DNA from: Ottowia sp. | GTDB taxonomy: Bacteria > Pseudomonadota > Gammaproteobacteria > Burkholderiales > Burkholderiaceae_C | Length of the DNA stretch: 64,000 nucleotides | Direction of reading: 5' to 3' | Assembly: GCF_047975795.1 (NCBI RefSeq) | Contig: NZ_JBKEEE010000028.1 | Location: 17,372-81,371 of the forward strand | Part shown: piece by piece, positions 34,119 through 44,420 of the stretch | Position numbering within the stretch: position 1 is the first letter of the stretch | Layout: every line of letters begins with the position of its first letter | The notes under the pieces: generated by a model | Database searches by the model: none | What the model was told of the DNA's origin: nothing | Seen by the model: the letters and a program-made list of their open reading frames with translations, nothing else | Translations under genes and position numbers: made by a program

Positions 34119-35681
34119 ATGCCCCAAACCCTGGACATCACCCGCGCCCTGCCTCTTTACGACACCGCCGCCACGCGCCGCATGGAGCAAGCTGTGGCCG
34201 CCGCGCTGCCACCGCACACGCTGATGCAGCGCGCCGGACTGGCCATCGCACGGCTGGCAATGGCACTGGCACCGCACGCACGCCGCGTGTGGATCGCCTG
34301 CGGCCCCGGCAACAACGGTGGCGACGGGCTGGAAGCGGCCATGCACCTGCAGCGCTGGGGCCTGCAACCCGTGGTGACCTGGCTGGGCACGCCCGACGCT
34401 GCCCCAGCCGATGCCCGCGCCTCGTGGCAGCGTGCGATGGACATCGGTGTGCGCTTTGCCGACACTCCCCCCGGGGAGCTGGCCGCGCAAGACCTGTGTA
34501 TCGACGCCCTGCTGGGCATCGGCACCACCCGCCCGCCCGAAGGCCGTATGGCCGACTGGCTGCATGCGCTGCATGCGGTGCCTGCCCCATTGCTGGCGGT
34601 GGATTTGCCCACCGGGCTGCACGCCGACACCGGTGCATGGCATACGCCTGAATCACCGCAAAAAACTCCTGAATCAATAGCTGGCGGTGCCTTTCACACC
34701 AGCGCTAAAGGCCAAAAATACTCAAATCACCCATCACCCCAGCGCCACACCCTCAGCCTGCTCACGCTCAAACCCGGCCTGTTCACCGCCCACGGGCGCG
34801 ATGCCTGCGGGCAAATCTGGTTCGACGATCTGGGCGCAGATTCAGGCGATGAAGTACCCACCGCCTGGTTGAACGGCGCACCCTCCCCCGCGCCGCGCCT
34901 GCACGCCAGCCACAAAGGCACGCACGGCGACGTGGCCGTGATCGGCGGTGAAATCCATGCTGCCCACAACGACCACACACGCGGCACCGCTATGGCCGGT
35001 GCCGCCTTGCTGGCCGCCCGCGCGGCGCTGCACGGCGGTGCGGGCCGGGTGTATGTCAGTCTGTTGGGGCAGCCCAATCTGACGTGCGACGTGGCGCAGC
35101 CTGAACTGATGTTCCGCCCTCCCACTGTCCTGCCGCTGGCCCAGCTCACCGTGGTCTGCGGCTGCGGCGGCGGCACGTCGGTCGCCAGCATGTTGCCTGC
35201 CGTGCTGCACACCACACCCCGCCTGGTGCTGGACGCCGACGCACTGAACGCCATCGCCGCCGATCCGGCCGACCTGCAACCCCGCTTGCGCGCCCGCGCT
35301 GTACACGGCCACGCCACCGCGCTCACCCCACACCCGCTGGAAGCCGCACGCCTGCTGGGCATCAATGCCGCTGACGTACAGGCCGACCGTCTGCACGCCG
35401 CGCAAGCGCTGGCCGAGCGGTTTGAATGCGTGGTCGTGCTCAAAGGTTCCGGCACCATCATTGCCGCACCCAACGTCGTGCCCCACATCAACCCCACCGG
35501 CAATGCCCGTCTGGCCACAGCGGGCACGGGCGACGTGCTGGCCGGTTTGATCGGTGCGCGGCTGGCAGCGGGCTTGCCCGCTTTCGAGGCAGCATGTGCG
35601 GCGGTATGGCAACACGGTGCAGCAGCTGACCGTTGGGCAAAACCAGAAAAATTAACGGCCAGTTTGCTGGCAAGCGCATGA
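34119..35681 (+). CDS. nnr: Bifunctional NAD(P)HX epimerase/dehydratase
   Basis: GPGNNGGDG, DALLGIG, HKGTHG, LDADALN, TPHPLEAARL, AGTGDVLAG. Confidence 0.95.
   Translation: MPQTLDITRALPLYDTAATRRMEQAVAAALPPHTLMQRAGLAIARLAMALAPHARRVWIACGPGNNGGDGLEAAMHLQRWGLQPVVTWLGTPDAAPADARASWQRAMDIGVRFADTPPGELAAQDLCIDALLGIGTTRPPEGRMADWLHALHAVPAPLLAVDLPTGLHADTGAWHTPESPQKTPESIAGGAFHTSAKGQKYSNHPSPQRHTLSLLTLKPGLFTAHGRDACGQIWFDDLGADSGDEVPTAWLNGAPSPAPRLHASHKGTHGDVAVIGGEIHAAHNDHTRGTAMAGAALLAARAALHGGAGRVYVSLLGQPNLTCDVAQPELMFRPPTVLPLAQLTVVCGCGGGTSVASMLPAVLHTTPRLVLDADALNAIAADPADLQPRLRARAVHGHATALTPHPLEAARLLGINAADVQADRLHAAQALAERFECVVVLKGSGTIIAAPNVVPHINPTGNARLATAGTGDVLAGLIGARLAAGLPAFEAACAAVWQHGAAADRWAKPEKLTASLLASA
34665..34718 (+). 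repeat. Fixed-spacing 54-bp motif inside nnr (in an inserted loop)
   Basis: ACTCC TGAATCA ATAGCT GGCG GTGC CTTTCACACCA GCGC TAAA GGCC AAAAA. Confidence 0.85.
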
Positions 35682-35755
35682 CAGACTGCAAGCGCGTGAC
35701 AGACCACAAGCCGGGCATAAAAGCCAGGTCGTCAAAGCCCGCTGCTCAACGGCTG

Positions 35756-36154
35756 CTAGACAGGCTGCTCTTGATTTTGGGCAGACAGCAGCGCGGTACG
35801 CGCCATCACTTCGAGCACCTGGGCGTTTTCAGCGATCGGTGCTTGCACTGAAATGCGCATCGCGGGAAAGTTTGTTCGCAATTGCGCTGCCAGCCGTGGC
35901 AGATCTTCACGCACATGACGGCCTGCGCCAAAAAAAAGCGGCCAGATGGTGGCCGCGCGCGCACCGGCCTCGTGCACCTCATGCATGACCGTGGCCAGAT
36001 CGGGCGCGGTCAACTCCAGATAAGCGCAGCGCACCAAAGCTTGCGGCTGAAGCTCGCGCATGCGAGCAGCCACGGCCTCTATGGGCACGCGCCAGGCGGG
36101 GTCGCGCGAGCCGTGCGCAAACAAAATGATGGCGTGGCGGGGTATTGCGGTCAT
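35756..36154 (-). CDS. CbiX/SirB N-terminal-domain chelatase-like protein
   Basis: LFAHGSRDP, AYLEL, PLFFGAGRHVREDLP. Confidence 0.88.
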   Translation of the reverse strand: MTAIPRHAIILFAHGSRDPAWRVPIEAVAARMRELQPQALVRCAYLELTAPDLATVMHEVHEAGARAATIWPLFFGAGRHVREDLPRLAAQLRTNFPAMRISVQAPIAENAQVLEVMARTALLSAQNQEQPV

Positions 36155-36177
36155 GATGTGACTTGGCCTCGCCTGTT

Positions 36178-37287
36178 CTATTGCCGCAGCACCAACCACC
36201 AGAAAGCCCCCAGCGACAAGCCGGTGTAAATCAACCCCGGCGCAGCGGCGGCCATCCACGGTTCCCAGTTGCGCAGGTTGCCGATAAAGCCGAACACGTT
36301 GTTCAGCAAAAAGAAGCTGATGCCCACCAGCACGCCCAAAAACACGTACCCGGCGATATTGCTGGAGCGAAAGTGCAGGTAGGCAAAGGGCAGCGCCAGA
36401 ATCATCATCACCAGGCAACTCAAGGGATAAAACACCTTGCGCCAAAACTCGATCTGGTGGCGCTGCGCGCTTTGGCCGTTGCTTTGCAAGTGCTGCACGT
36501 ACTGAAACAAATCAATGGTTTGCATGCGCTCGGGGCTGAGCAAGGCCGCCGCCACCATGTCGCGCGAGATGCTGTTCGGCCAGCGCCATTCGGGCAGGTT
36601 CTCGGTCTGCACGGTTGGCTCGGCCGCATCGGCACTGTTGTAGCTGGTGCGGCGTACGCTCTCCAACGCCCAGGTGTTGCTCGCATCAAAGCGCCCGTGC
36701 GCGGCCTTGGTGATGGCCAGCGGGCGGCCGCTGGCGTCGTCAAATTCAAAAATTCGAATCTGATTCATCACTCCATTGGCGCTCATCGAACCCACGTTGA
36801 CCGAATAACTGCTGGCACCTTGCCGGTCCTTGATCCACGCGCCCGTGCGGCCCACGCTGATGTCCGACACAAACCGCATCTGAATCGACTGGGCCGCGCG
36901 GTTGGCCGCAGGCGCGATGTAATCGCCCACCACAAAAGTCAATGCCACAAAGCCCAGCCCCAGCACCAGCAGCGTATTGAGCGCGCGGCGCGGCCCCAGG
37001 CCACTGGTGCGCAAGATGGTGTATTCGCTGCTTTCTGCCAGACGCGCCATGACGTAGATGGCCCCGATCAGCACTGCAATGGGCAACAGCTCGTACAAGT
37101 GGCTGGGCACCTGCAAAGCCACGTGCAGCAGCACATAAGACAGGCTGTAGCCGCGCGCCGCGCCCTGCCCCAGGTTGCCCAGCTCGTCCACCAGGTCAAA
37201 AAAGAAGAACAGCAGCAAAAAAGCCACCGCGATGAAGCCCACCGCACGCACAATCTCTGCGTAAATCAAACGCCGAATGGTTTTCAT
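36178..37287 (-). CDS. lptG: LPS export ABC permease
   Basis: LLPIAVLIG, SSEYTILRTSG, W.KVFYP; follows lptF. Confidence 0.93.
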   Translation of the reverse strand: MKTIRRLIYAEIVRAVGFIAVAFLLLFFFFDLVDELGNLGQGAARGYSLSYVLLHVALQVPSHLYELLPIAVLIGAIYVMARLAESSEYTILRTSGLGPRRALNTLLVLGLGFVALTFVVGDYIAPAANRAAQSIQMRFVSDISVGRTGAWIKDRQGASSYSVNVGSMSANGVMNQIRIFEFDDASGRPLAITKAAHGRFDASNTWALESVRRTSYNSADAAEPTVQTENLPEWRWPNSISRDMVAAALLSPERMQTIDLFQYVQHLQSNGQSAQRHQIEFWRKVFYPLSCLVMMILALPFAYLHFRSSNIAGYVFLGVLVGISFFLLNNVFGFIGNLRNWEPWMAAAAPGLIYTGLSLGAFWWLVLRQ

Positions 37288-38390
37288 GCGCTTGCCTCCT
37301 GCTTGCCAGTGCGGCGGCGCGACCAGCGCATCAGCCAGTCCTCATGCCGCCCCACCAGCCACACCATGGCCAGCGCGAAAATGCCGCCGTGCAGCAGCAG
37401 CATGTAGGCCGCAGCGCCAATTTTTCGATCGGTGATCCAACTCTCGCCAATGCCGATCAGGTTGTAATAAGCGGCAAAGGCCAGCAAGGTAAAGATCAAA
37501 CTGGCGCTGCGCCCCACGCGCGGGTTGACGCGGGTGGCCGCCAGCGCAATCAGCACGCAGTTGAAGGCAATCAGCGCCTGCCCGATGCGCCAGGACAGCT
37601 CGGCCAGATTGCGCGGCGTTGGCTCGACCAGCAAGGCCGACGTGGTTTTGATGCGGGGCGACTGATTGGTTGATGGCCCCACCTCTCGCGCATCGATGCG
37701 GTGGCCGTATTGGGCAAATTCGCTGACCCGGCTTTCGCCCGTGGCCAAATCCGTATCCAGTTGATAGCCGTTGTTCAGGACAATGAAGCGCTCGTCATCG
37801 ATGAACTTGATCTCGCCGCTCTTGGCTGAAATCACTGATTCCTTGCCGTGCTCGGTCGACACCACAAAGATGTTCGATCCGCTGCGCTCGTCAGACGCAT
37901 TGCGGTCAATGAAGAACACCCGCCGTCCACCAGACGATTCAATAAAGCGACCAGGTGCCACCCGCTCGATATCGCCGCGCCCCTGGTAGCGGTCACGCAG
38001 CTCCCGGATTTGCAGGTTGGCCCAGGGTGACACCATCAGCGCCATCACGGCCACCACCACCAATATGGGCAAGGCAAAACGCATCAAGGGTTTGACAAAC
38101 GCCGCCAACCCCTGCCCACTGGAAAACCACACCACCATTTCGCTGGCGGTGTACATGCGGGTCAGCGTGGCGGTGATGGCGACAAACAGGCTCAGCGTCA
38201 GGATGGTGGTCAACACGCCCAGCACGGTGTAGCCCATGACCAGCACCACCTCGGACGGGTTGACGCGGCCCACCGTGGCCTGCCCCAGGGTGCGAATCAG
38301 CATCACCGTCATGACCACGGTAATCAGCACCACCAGCGTCGCCCCAAAGCTGCGGCCCAGCTCCTTGCGCAAAGAGGAATCGAATAACAT
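37284..38390 (-). CDS. lptF: LPS export ABC permease
   Basis: SEMVVWFSSG, PGRF, AELSWRIG, VNPRVGR; divergent from pepA. Confidence 0.93.
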   Translation of the reverse strand: MLFDSSLRKELGRSFGATLVVLITVVMTVMLIRTLGQATVGRVNPSEVVLVMGYTVLGVLTTILTLSLFVAITATLTRMYTASEMVVWFSSGQGLAAFVKPLMRFALPILVVVAVMALMVSPWANLQIRELRDRYQGRGDIERVAPGRFIESSGGRRVFFIDRNASDERSGSNIFVVSTEHGKESVISAKSGEIKFIDDERFIVLNNGYQLDTDLATGESRVSEFAQYGHRIDAREVGPSTNQSPRIKTTSALLVEPTPRNLAELSWRIGQALIAFNCVLIALAATRVNPRVGRSASLIFTLLAFAAYYNLIGIGESWITDRKIGAAAYMLLLHGGIFALAMVWLVGRHEDWLMRWSRRRTGKQEASA

Positions 38391-38431
38391 TGCTTGATCG
38401 TCAATAGACCGTCAATCACCAGGCCGAGATT

Positions 38432-39970
38432 ATGGACTTTCAGCTCAAACCCCTGCGCCTTGCGCAAGCCGCCACCATCCGTACGCCAGCGCTGGTGGTG
38501 CTGGTGCCCGCATCGTTTTCTCCCGCAGACGACGCCTTGTCTGCACTGATCCAGCACGCGCAGGCCAGCGGTCATTTTTTGACCACGCCTGCGGGCCAGC
38601 TGCTTTCCAGCTTTGGCGCGGCGGGCATCAAAGCCGAGCGCGTCGTTCTGGCCAGCACCGGCGGCGCCACGCCTGCAGAGGTGCGCAAGGCAGCGGCCGC
38701 CGCCGTCGGCGCTTTGAAAGGCGGGCCTGCGCGGTCGGCCATTCTGTGTTTTGCGCAAACACCCGCGCCTGATGTGGCTGCTGCTGCCGTCCAGGGGGCC
38801 GCCGAGGCCGCCTACACCTACACCACCACCAAGAGCAAGCCTTCCAAAAAAGACGGCACGCCGTTGACCCAAATAACGATCGGTGTCCCCGGTGCCGTCT
38901 CTGACATCGCCTCGATACAACCCGCATTCACCCAGGCCGTCGGCGTTGCCCGGGGCGTGGCGATGGCGCGCGAATGGGCCAACCGCCCGGCCAACCACGC
39001 CACGCCCACCATGCTGGCCGAAGCCGCTCGCGCACTGAGCAAACTGCCCCGCATCGGCTGCGAGGTGTTGGGTCCGAAAGAAGTCGCCAAACTGGGCATG
39101 GGCGCTTTTCGCGCCGTGGCGCAAGGCTCTGAGCAGGAACTGCGTTTCATCGTGCTGCGCTACAACGGTGCGGCCAAATCCAGCGCACCGGTAGCTCTGG
39201 TGGGCAAAGGCATCACCTTTGATACGGGTGGTATCTCGCTCAAACCTGCCCCCGAGATGGACGAGATGAAATTCGACATGGGTGGCGCGGCCAGCGTGCT
39301 GGGCGTGTTCCGCGCGCTGGCCGAGGTCAAGCCCGCCGTCAACGTGGTGGGGCTGATCGCCGCCTGCGAAAACATGCCCGATGGCCGGGCCGTCAAGCCT
39401 GGCGACGTGGTCACCAGCATGAGCGGGCAAACCATCGAAATCCTCAACATCGACGCCGAAGGCCGCTTGGTGCTGTGTGATGCGTTGACCTACGCCGAGC
39501 GCTTCAAACCCCGCGCGCTGGTTGACATCGCCACCCTCACGGGGGCCTGCGTGATCGCCCTGGGGCACCTGCGATCGGGCCTGTTCACTGCTGACGACGG
39601 CCTGGCCGCAGCGCTGCAATCGGCGGGCGAGCACGCGCTCGATCCCTGCTGGCGCATGCCGCTGGACGACGAATACGCCGAAGGCCTGAAAACCAACTTT
39701 GCCGACGTGGCCAACGTGGCGGGCCGACCCGCCGGATCGATCACCGCCGCCAAATTTTTGCAGCGCTTTACCCAGGCTTATCCGTGGGCACACCTGGACA
39801 TTGCGGGCACGGCCTGGAAAAGCGGCGCGGCCAAAGGCGCAACCGGACGCCCCGTGGGGCTGCTGATGGCCTATCTGAGCGCACAAGCCAATGAGCAAGC
39901 AGGTGGCCCCAAAAACAACAAACCCCGCAAAAGTACCCAATCGGCCAAGCCACGCCGCCGCAAACCCTGA
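38432..39970 (+). CDS. pepA: Leucyl aminopeptidase (M17)
   Basis: [44 protein letters not shown]. Confidence 0.96.
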   Translation: MDFQLKPLRLAQAATIRTPALVVLVPASFSPADDALSALIQHAQASGHFLTTPAGQLLSSFGAAGIKAERVVLASTGGATPAEVRKAAAAAVGALKGGPARSAILCFAQTPAPDVAAAAVQGAAEAAYTYTTTKSKPSKKDGTPLTQITIGVPGAVSDIASIQPAFTQAVGVARGVAMAREWANRPANHATPTMLAEAARALSKLPRIGCEVLGPKEVAKLGMGAFRAVAQGSEQELRFIVLRYNGAAKSSAPVALVGKGITFDTGGISLKPAPEMDEMKFDMGGAASVLGVFRALAEVKPAVNVVGLIAACENMPDGRAVKPGDVVTSMSGQTIEILNIDAEGRLVLCDALTYAERFKPRALVDIATLTGACVIALGHLRSGLFTADDGLAAALQSAGEHALDPCWRMPLDDEYAEGLKTNFADVANVAGRPAGSITAAKFLQRFTQAYPWAHLDIAGTAWKSGAAKGATGRPVGLLMAYLSAQANEQAGGPKNNKPRKSTQSAKPRRRKP

Positions 39971-40019
39971 CCGGCTGCTGATTCAACAGCCCCAAGATCA
40001 ACAGCCCAAGCGCGCAGCC

Positions 40020-40448
40020 ATGACCGAGGTGATGTTCCACTTCAACGTGCCCGACAAGCTGGGCTATGCCTGCCGCCTGCTGCGCAAAGCCAGTGCTTCG
40101 GGTCGCCCAGTGGGCGTGCTGGCCCCCGAGCCGCTGCTGACCGAGCTGGATCGCGCGCTGTGGAGCTTTGCCCCGCTGGAATTTCTGCCCCACTGCCTGA
40201 GCAGCGCATCGCCCGACGTGCTGGCCCAAACGCCTCTCGTGCTGGCCACCGACAGCGCCCAGTTGCCGCACACCGATGTGCTGCTGCACCTGGGCGACGC
40301 CGTACCCGCAGGGTTTGAACGCTTCGAGCGCCTGATTGAACTGGTGGGCACCAATGAAAACGATCGTTTACAAGCACGCCAGCGCTGGCGGCATTATGCT
40401 GATCGCGGTTACGCTATCCAGCGACACGACGTTAAGGCTTCACATTGA
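40020..40448 (+). CDS. holC: DNA polymerase III subunit chi
   Basis: ACRLLRKA, LDRALWSF..EFLPH, FERLIE, AR.RWR.Y..RGY. Confidence 0.93.
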   Translation: MTEVMFHFNVPDKLGYACRLLRKASASGRPVGVLAPEPLLTELDRALWSFAPLEFLPHCLSSASPDVLAQTPLVLATDSAQLPHTDVLLHLGDAVPAGFERFERLIELVGTNENDRLQARQRWRHYADRGYAIQRHDVKASH

Positions 40449-40466
40449 ACGCTCTGGTACCGACCA

Positions 40467-40871
40467 ATGAGCAGCGACGACCCTCCCGGATTTGCCCCCC
40501 CGCGCTTCGTCCCCACCCTGACCCAGGTGGTGGCCGCTGACGATCCGCCGACAGAAAATGCGCTGCCCGCGCTGCCATCACTGGACGTGGGCGAGAACAA
40601 ACCCAGTCCGACGGCCCCAGCAGCCGCCATAGCGGTCGCCGCCGCTGCGCATCCGCAAAGCCCGCCCCTGTCCACCGCCGATGCAGTGCTGCGTCAAATC
40701 GGCCCCGAGCTGGAGCACCTCATCAGCGAAGCCATTGCGCGCGTGCTGCACGAACAAATGCTGGGCTTGAACGCGCGCGTTCGCAAAACAGTGGCCGAAG
40801 TGGTGCACGAGGCCGTCGCCAAAGCCCTGGCGCAGGGCATTCAGCGCACCGATACAGGGAAAAACCCTTAA
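40467..40871 (+). CDS. Hypothetical protein (DUF2486-like, commonly after holC)
   Basis: PRFVPTLTQVV, Pro/Ala linker, helical C-terminus. Confidence 0.7.
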   Translation: MSSDDPPGFAPPRFVPTLTQVVAADDPPTENALPALPSLDVGENKPSPTAPAAAIAVAAAAHPQSPPLSTADAVLRQIGPELEHLISEAIARVLHEQMLGLNARVRKTVAEVVHEAVAKALAQGIQRTDTGKNP

Positions 40872-40988
40872 TCCAAAGGGTGTCAAACCCTAGCGTTTCC
40901 CTTATTCGCCTGGCACATCAATTGCGATATGGTTCGCGCCTGTTAGGGCCACGCAGGCTCTTGACCTTAATTTTTTGGAGATTTTTGT

Positions 40989-42122
40989 ATGCGAACCAAT
41001 GTCAAACTGACCGTGGGTGTGGTGGCTACCATGCTGGCCGGACTGGTTTCTGCACAAGACGTGCAAGTGGTCAAGATTGGCCACGTCGCCCCCATGTCAG
41101 GCCCGCAAGCGCACTTTGGCAAAGACAATGAAAACGGCGCGCGCATGGCTGTGGATGACTTGAACACTCAGAACATCGTCCTCGCGGGCAAGAAAATCAA
41201 GTTCGAGCTGGTGCCTGAAGACGATGCCTCTGACCCCAAACAAGGCACCGCTGCCGCCCAAAAACTGTGCGACGCCAAAGTCTCTGGTGTGGTAGGTCAC
41301 CTGAACTCGGGCACCACCATTCCCGCGTCCAAGATCTACCACGAATGCGGCGTGCCCATGATCACGGGCGCGGCCACCAACCCGGATCTGACCAAACCAG
41401 GCTACAAGGAAATCTTCCGCATCATTGCCAACGACAACGCCTTGGGCGCGGGTCTGGCCTTTTACGCCGCCGATGCGCTGAAGCTGAAAAAAGTGGCCGT
41501 GATCGACGACCGCACCGCTTACGGACAGGGCGTGGCCGAAGTGTTCCGCGAAACCGCCAAGAAAAAAGGCATTGAAATCGTCGACCAACAGTTCACCAAC
41601 GACAAGGCCACCGATTTCATGGCCATCCTCACGGCCATCAAGTCCAAAAAACCCGATGCCATCTTCTTTGGCGGCATGGACGCCCAAGCTGGCCCCATGC
41701 TGCGCCAGATGGAACAACTGGGCATGGGCAACATGAAATTCTTTGGCGGCGATGGCCTGTGCACAACCGAAATCACCAAACTGGTGGGCGGCGCCAAAAC
41801 CATCAGCAACGTGGTCTGCGCCGAAGGTGGCTCATCCATCCAGAAGATGCCCGGCGGCACGGCCTGGAAAAACCGTTACGACACCAAGTTCCCCAAGCAG
41901 TACCAAATCTACAGCCCTTACACCTATGACGCCACCATGCTCCTGGCCGACGCCATGAAGCGTGCCGACAGCTGGGATCCCAAGGTGTATGCCCCCAAGC
42001 TGATCGAATCCAGCTACAAGGGCGTGACCACCAACATCCAGTTCGAGCCAACAGGCGAGCTGAAAAACGCCGCCATCACGCTGTATGTCTACAAGGACAA
42101 CAAGAAATTTCCGTTGAACTGA
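40989..42122 (+). CDS. Branched-chain amino acid ABC transporter substrate-binding protein (LivJ/K-like), no permease adjacent
   Basis: KIGHVAPMSG, EDDASDPKQG, GHLNSG, DDRTAYGQG. Confidence 0.93.
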   Translation: MRTNVKLTVGVVATMLAGLVSAQDVQVVKIGHVAPMSGPQAHFGKDNENGARMAVDDLNTQNIVLAGKKIKFELVPEDDASDPKQGTAAAQKLCDAKVSGVVGHLNSGTTIPASKIYHECGVPMITGAATNPDLTKPGYKEIFRIIANDNALGAGLAFYAADALKLKKVAVIDDRTAYGQGVAEVFRETAKKKGIEIVDQQFTNDKATDFMAILTAIKSKKPDAIFFGGMDAQAGPMLRQMEQLGMGNMKFFGGDGLCTTEITKLVGGAKTISNVVCAEGGSSIQKMPGGTAWKNRYDTKFPKQYQIYSPYTYDATMLLADAMKRADSWDPKVYAPKLIESSYKGVTTNIQFEPTGELKNAAITLYVYKDNKKFPLN

Positions 42123-42173
42123 ATGGCGTGCCCATCGGTTCGTGGGCGCATTCAACGCCCTGATCCAGCCAAG

Positions 42174-42195
42174 GCCACCTTCGGGTGGCTTTTTT
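42174..42195 (+). terminator. Intrinsic terminator
   Basis: GCCACC-TTCG-GGTGGC-TTTTTT. Confidence 0.88.
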
Positions 42196-42201
42196 AATAC
42201 C

Positions 42202-42255
42202 AAATACGCTCTTGGTGCTTGATAGGCAAGCATTGCCAGCTCCTTTTTTTGAAGC
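42202..42255 (-). repeat. Fixed-spacing 54-bp motif, intergenic copy
   Basis: GCTTC AAAAAAA GGAGCT GGCA ATGC TTGCCTATCAA GCAC CAAG AGCG TATTT. Confidence 0.7.
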
Positions 42256-42346
42256 GTTTTGACAACGATCTGCCCACTGACAGTCGCCGCCGCCTTGCCC
42301 CTCGTTACACTCGGCCCGACAGCTTTTTGAACCTTGGCCCCGCCCC

Positions 42347-43693
42347 ATGTCCAACGTCTTCAACTTCACCTTTGTTCCGTGGTTTCGCTCGGTCGCGCCG
42401 TACATCCACATGCACCGCGGCAAAACCTTCGTGGTGGGGGTGGTGGGCGAGGCCATTGCGGCGGGCAAGCTGGCCAATCTGGCAACCGATCTGGCGCTGG
42501 TGCAAAGCCTGGGCGTCAAGATCGTGCTGGTACACGGCTTTCGCCCGCAAGTGAACGAGCAACTGGCCACCAAGGGGCACCAGGGCCGCTTTGTGGGCGG
42601 CGTGCGGGTCACGGATTCAGTGGCGCTGGACAGTGCGCAAGAAGCCGCAGGCCAGTTGCGTTTTGAGATTGAGGCCGCCTTCAGCCAGGGCCTGCCCAAC
42701 ACGCCCATGGCGGGATCCACGGTGCGGGTTATTTCAGGCAACTTCATCACCGCGCGGCCGCTGGGCATCATCGACGGGGTAGATTTTCAGCACACCGGCA
42801 TGGTGCGCAAGGTGGATGTGGCGGGCATTACCCGGTCGCTGGACGCCGGGGCCATGGTACTGATTTCACCGTTTGGCTTTTCACCCACGGGGGAGGCGTT
42901 CAACCTGGGCATGGAAGAAGTCGCCACCTCGGTCGCCACCGCCTTGCAGGCCGACAAGCTGATCTTTCTGACCGAAAAACCCGGTATTCGCGTACAACCG
43001 CTTGCGCCTGAGGGCGAAGACAACCCGATCGACACCGAAATCCCCCTGGCCGAAGCACGCGCATTGATGGCCAGCCTGCCCCCGCCTGCGCAACCGCTGG
43101 ACGTGGGCTATTACCTGCGCCACTGCATCACCGCCTGCGAACGCGGGGTCGAGCGCAGCCACATCATCCCCTTTGCCGTCGATGGCGCGCTGCTGCTGGA
43201 GGTGTACGTGCACGACGGCATCGGCACCATGGTGGTCGACGAAAAGCTGGAGAGCCTGCGCGAGGCCACCGCAGATGACGTGACCGGTATCCTGCAACTG
43301 ATTGAGCCGTTTGAAAAAGACGGCACCTTGGTCAAGCGCAGCCGCACCGAGATCGAGCGCGACATTGGCAACTACACCATCGTCGAGCACGATGGCGTTA
43401 TCTTCGCCTGCGCCGCGCTCTACCCCTGCCCCGAGGCCAAAACGGCTGAGATGGCAGCCCTGACCGTGTCACCGCAAAGCCAGGGCCAGGGCGATGGCGA
43501 AAAAGTGCTCAAACGGGTCGAAGCGCGCGCCCGTGCCATGGGGCTGCAAAGCATCTTCGTGCTGACCACGCGCACCATGCACTGGTTCATCAAACGCGGC
43601 TTTCAGCAAGTCGACCCCGAGTGGCTGCCCGAGGCGCGCAAACGCAAATACAACTGGGATCGCAAAAGTCAGGTGTTGGTCAAACACCTGTAG
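42347..43693 (+). CDS. argA: Amino-acid N-acetyltransferase (N-acetylglutamate synthase)
   Basis: WFRSVAPYI, SPTGEAFNL, GNAT domain, LTTRT.HWF..RGF. Confidence 0.97.
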   Translation: MSNVFNFTFVPWFRSVAPYIHMHRGKTFVVGVVGEAIAAGKLANLATDLALVQSLGVKIVLVHGFRPQVNEQLATKGHQGRFVGGVRVTDSVALDSAQEAAGQLRFEIEAAFSQGLPNTPMAGSTVRVISGNFITARPLGIIDGVDFQHTGMVRKVDVAGITRSLDAGAMVLISPFGFSPTGEAFNLGMEEVATSVATALQADKLIFLTEKPGIRVQPLAPEGEDNPIDTEIPLAEARALMASLPPPAQPLDVGYYLRHCITACERGVERSHIIPFAVDGALLLEVYVHDGIGTMVVDEKLESLREATADDVTGILQLIEPFEKDGTLVKRSRTEIERDIGNYTIVEHDGVIFACAALYPCPEAKTAEMAALTVSPQSQGQGDGEKVLKRVEARARAMGLQSIFVLTTRTMHWFIKRGFQQVDPEWLPEARKRKYNWDRKSQVLVKHL

Positions 43694-43705
43694 GCGCGTG
43701 GTGCG

Positions 43706-44224
43706 TCAAGCGGCGGCGGTGCGGCGACCCCACTGACGCATCAGTGTGGCCAGGATGACCACGATAAAAATCACAAACCATACGAACGACCAATTGGCGA
43801 TGGTGCCGCCCAAAAACGTCCAGTCCACCGCGCTGCAATCGCCGCTGCCCTTGAAGATCATGGGAATGGCACGTTGCAGCGGAAATGATTCGATCATGCC
43901 GTACAGATCGCGCCCACAAGTGGCAAACCCGGGCGGATTCCATTGCAGCCAGCTTTGACGCGCCGCCGTAAAAGCCCCGAATCCACCAAAAACCACCGCC
44001 AGCAGTCCCCACGACCGCCAACCGCCCGGCCCTTTTGCAAACGCTGCCAGCGCGCAAAACACGCCCACCGCAATCAGGCAGTAGCGCTGCACGATGCACA
44101 TGGGGCATGGGTCAAGCCCGACCACGTTTTGCAGGTACAAAATGCCAAACGCCAGCATGGCGGCGCACACCACGGCAATCAGGCCGAACAGACGGCGGGG
44201 ATGGTCAAACAAGCGGGTCAGCAC
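43706..44224 (-). CDS. dsbB: Disulfide bond formation protein B
   Basis: PCPMCIVQR, second Cys pair TCG..GDCS, four TM segments; GTG after GGAG. Confidence 0.94.
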   Translation of the reverse strand: MLTRLFDHPRRLFGLIAVVCAAMLAFGILYLQNVVGLDPCPMCIVQRYCLIAVGVFCALAAFAKGPGGWRSWGLLAVVFGGFGAFTAARQSWLQWNPPGFATCGRDLYGMIESFPLQRAIPMIFKGSGDCSAVDWTFLGGTIANWSFVWFVIFIVVILATLMRQWGRRTAAA

Positions 44225-44340
44225 ACAAATCTCCAAACAAAACGCAGCCCGCTTTGGCTACGGGCTGGATACACAGATTGTGGCAGTTGCAGCCAAGTTC
44301 CCGGTCCAGGCATGATTTTTCGATGCTTGCCCCATGAAAA

Positions 44341-44394
44341 ACTACAAAATCAATAGCTTTTCATACCGATGGTTGTTGCGCTGGGTGCCAATTT
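44341..44394 (+). repeat. Fixed-spacing 54-bp motif, intergenic copy
   Basis: ACTAC AAAATCA ATAGCT TTTC ATAC CGATGGTTGTT GCGC TGGG TGCC AATTT. Confidence 0.8.
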
Positions 44395-44420
44395 AATTCA
44401 CAAACCAGCCCTTTGACGCA

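Noticed and set aside
38324..39940. 538-aa minus-strand ORF, and similar shadows at 11829-13097, 20616-21848, 30261-31172, 36163-37407 and 61488-63029
   Set aside because: Each lies opposite a well-supported gene and lacks independent evidence.
39983..40010. TCAACAGCCCCAAG / TCAACAGCCCAAG near-tandem repeat between pepA and holC
   Set aside because: Two short copies, likely slippage; no functional signal.
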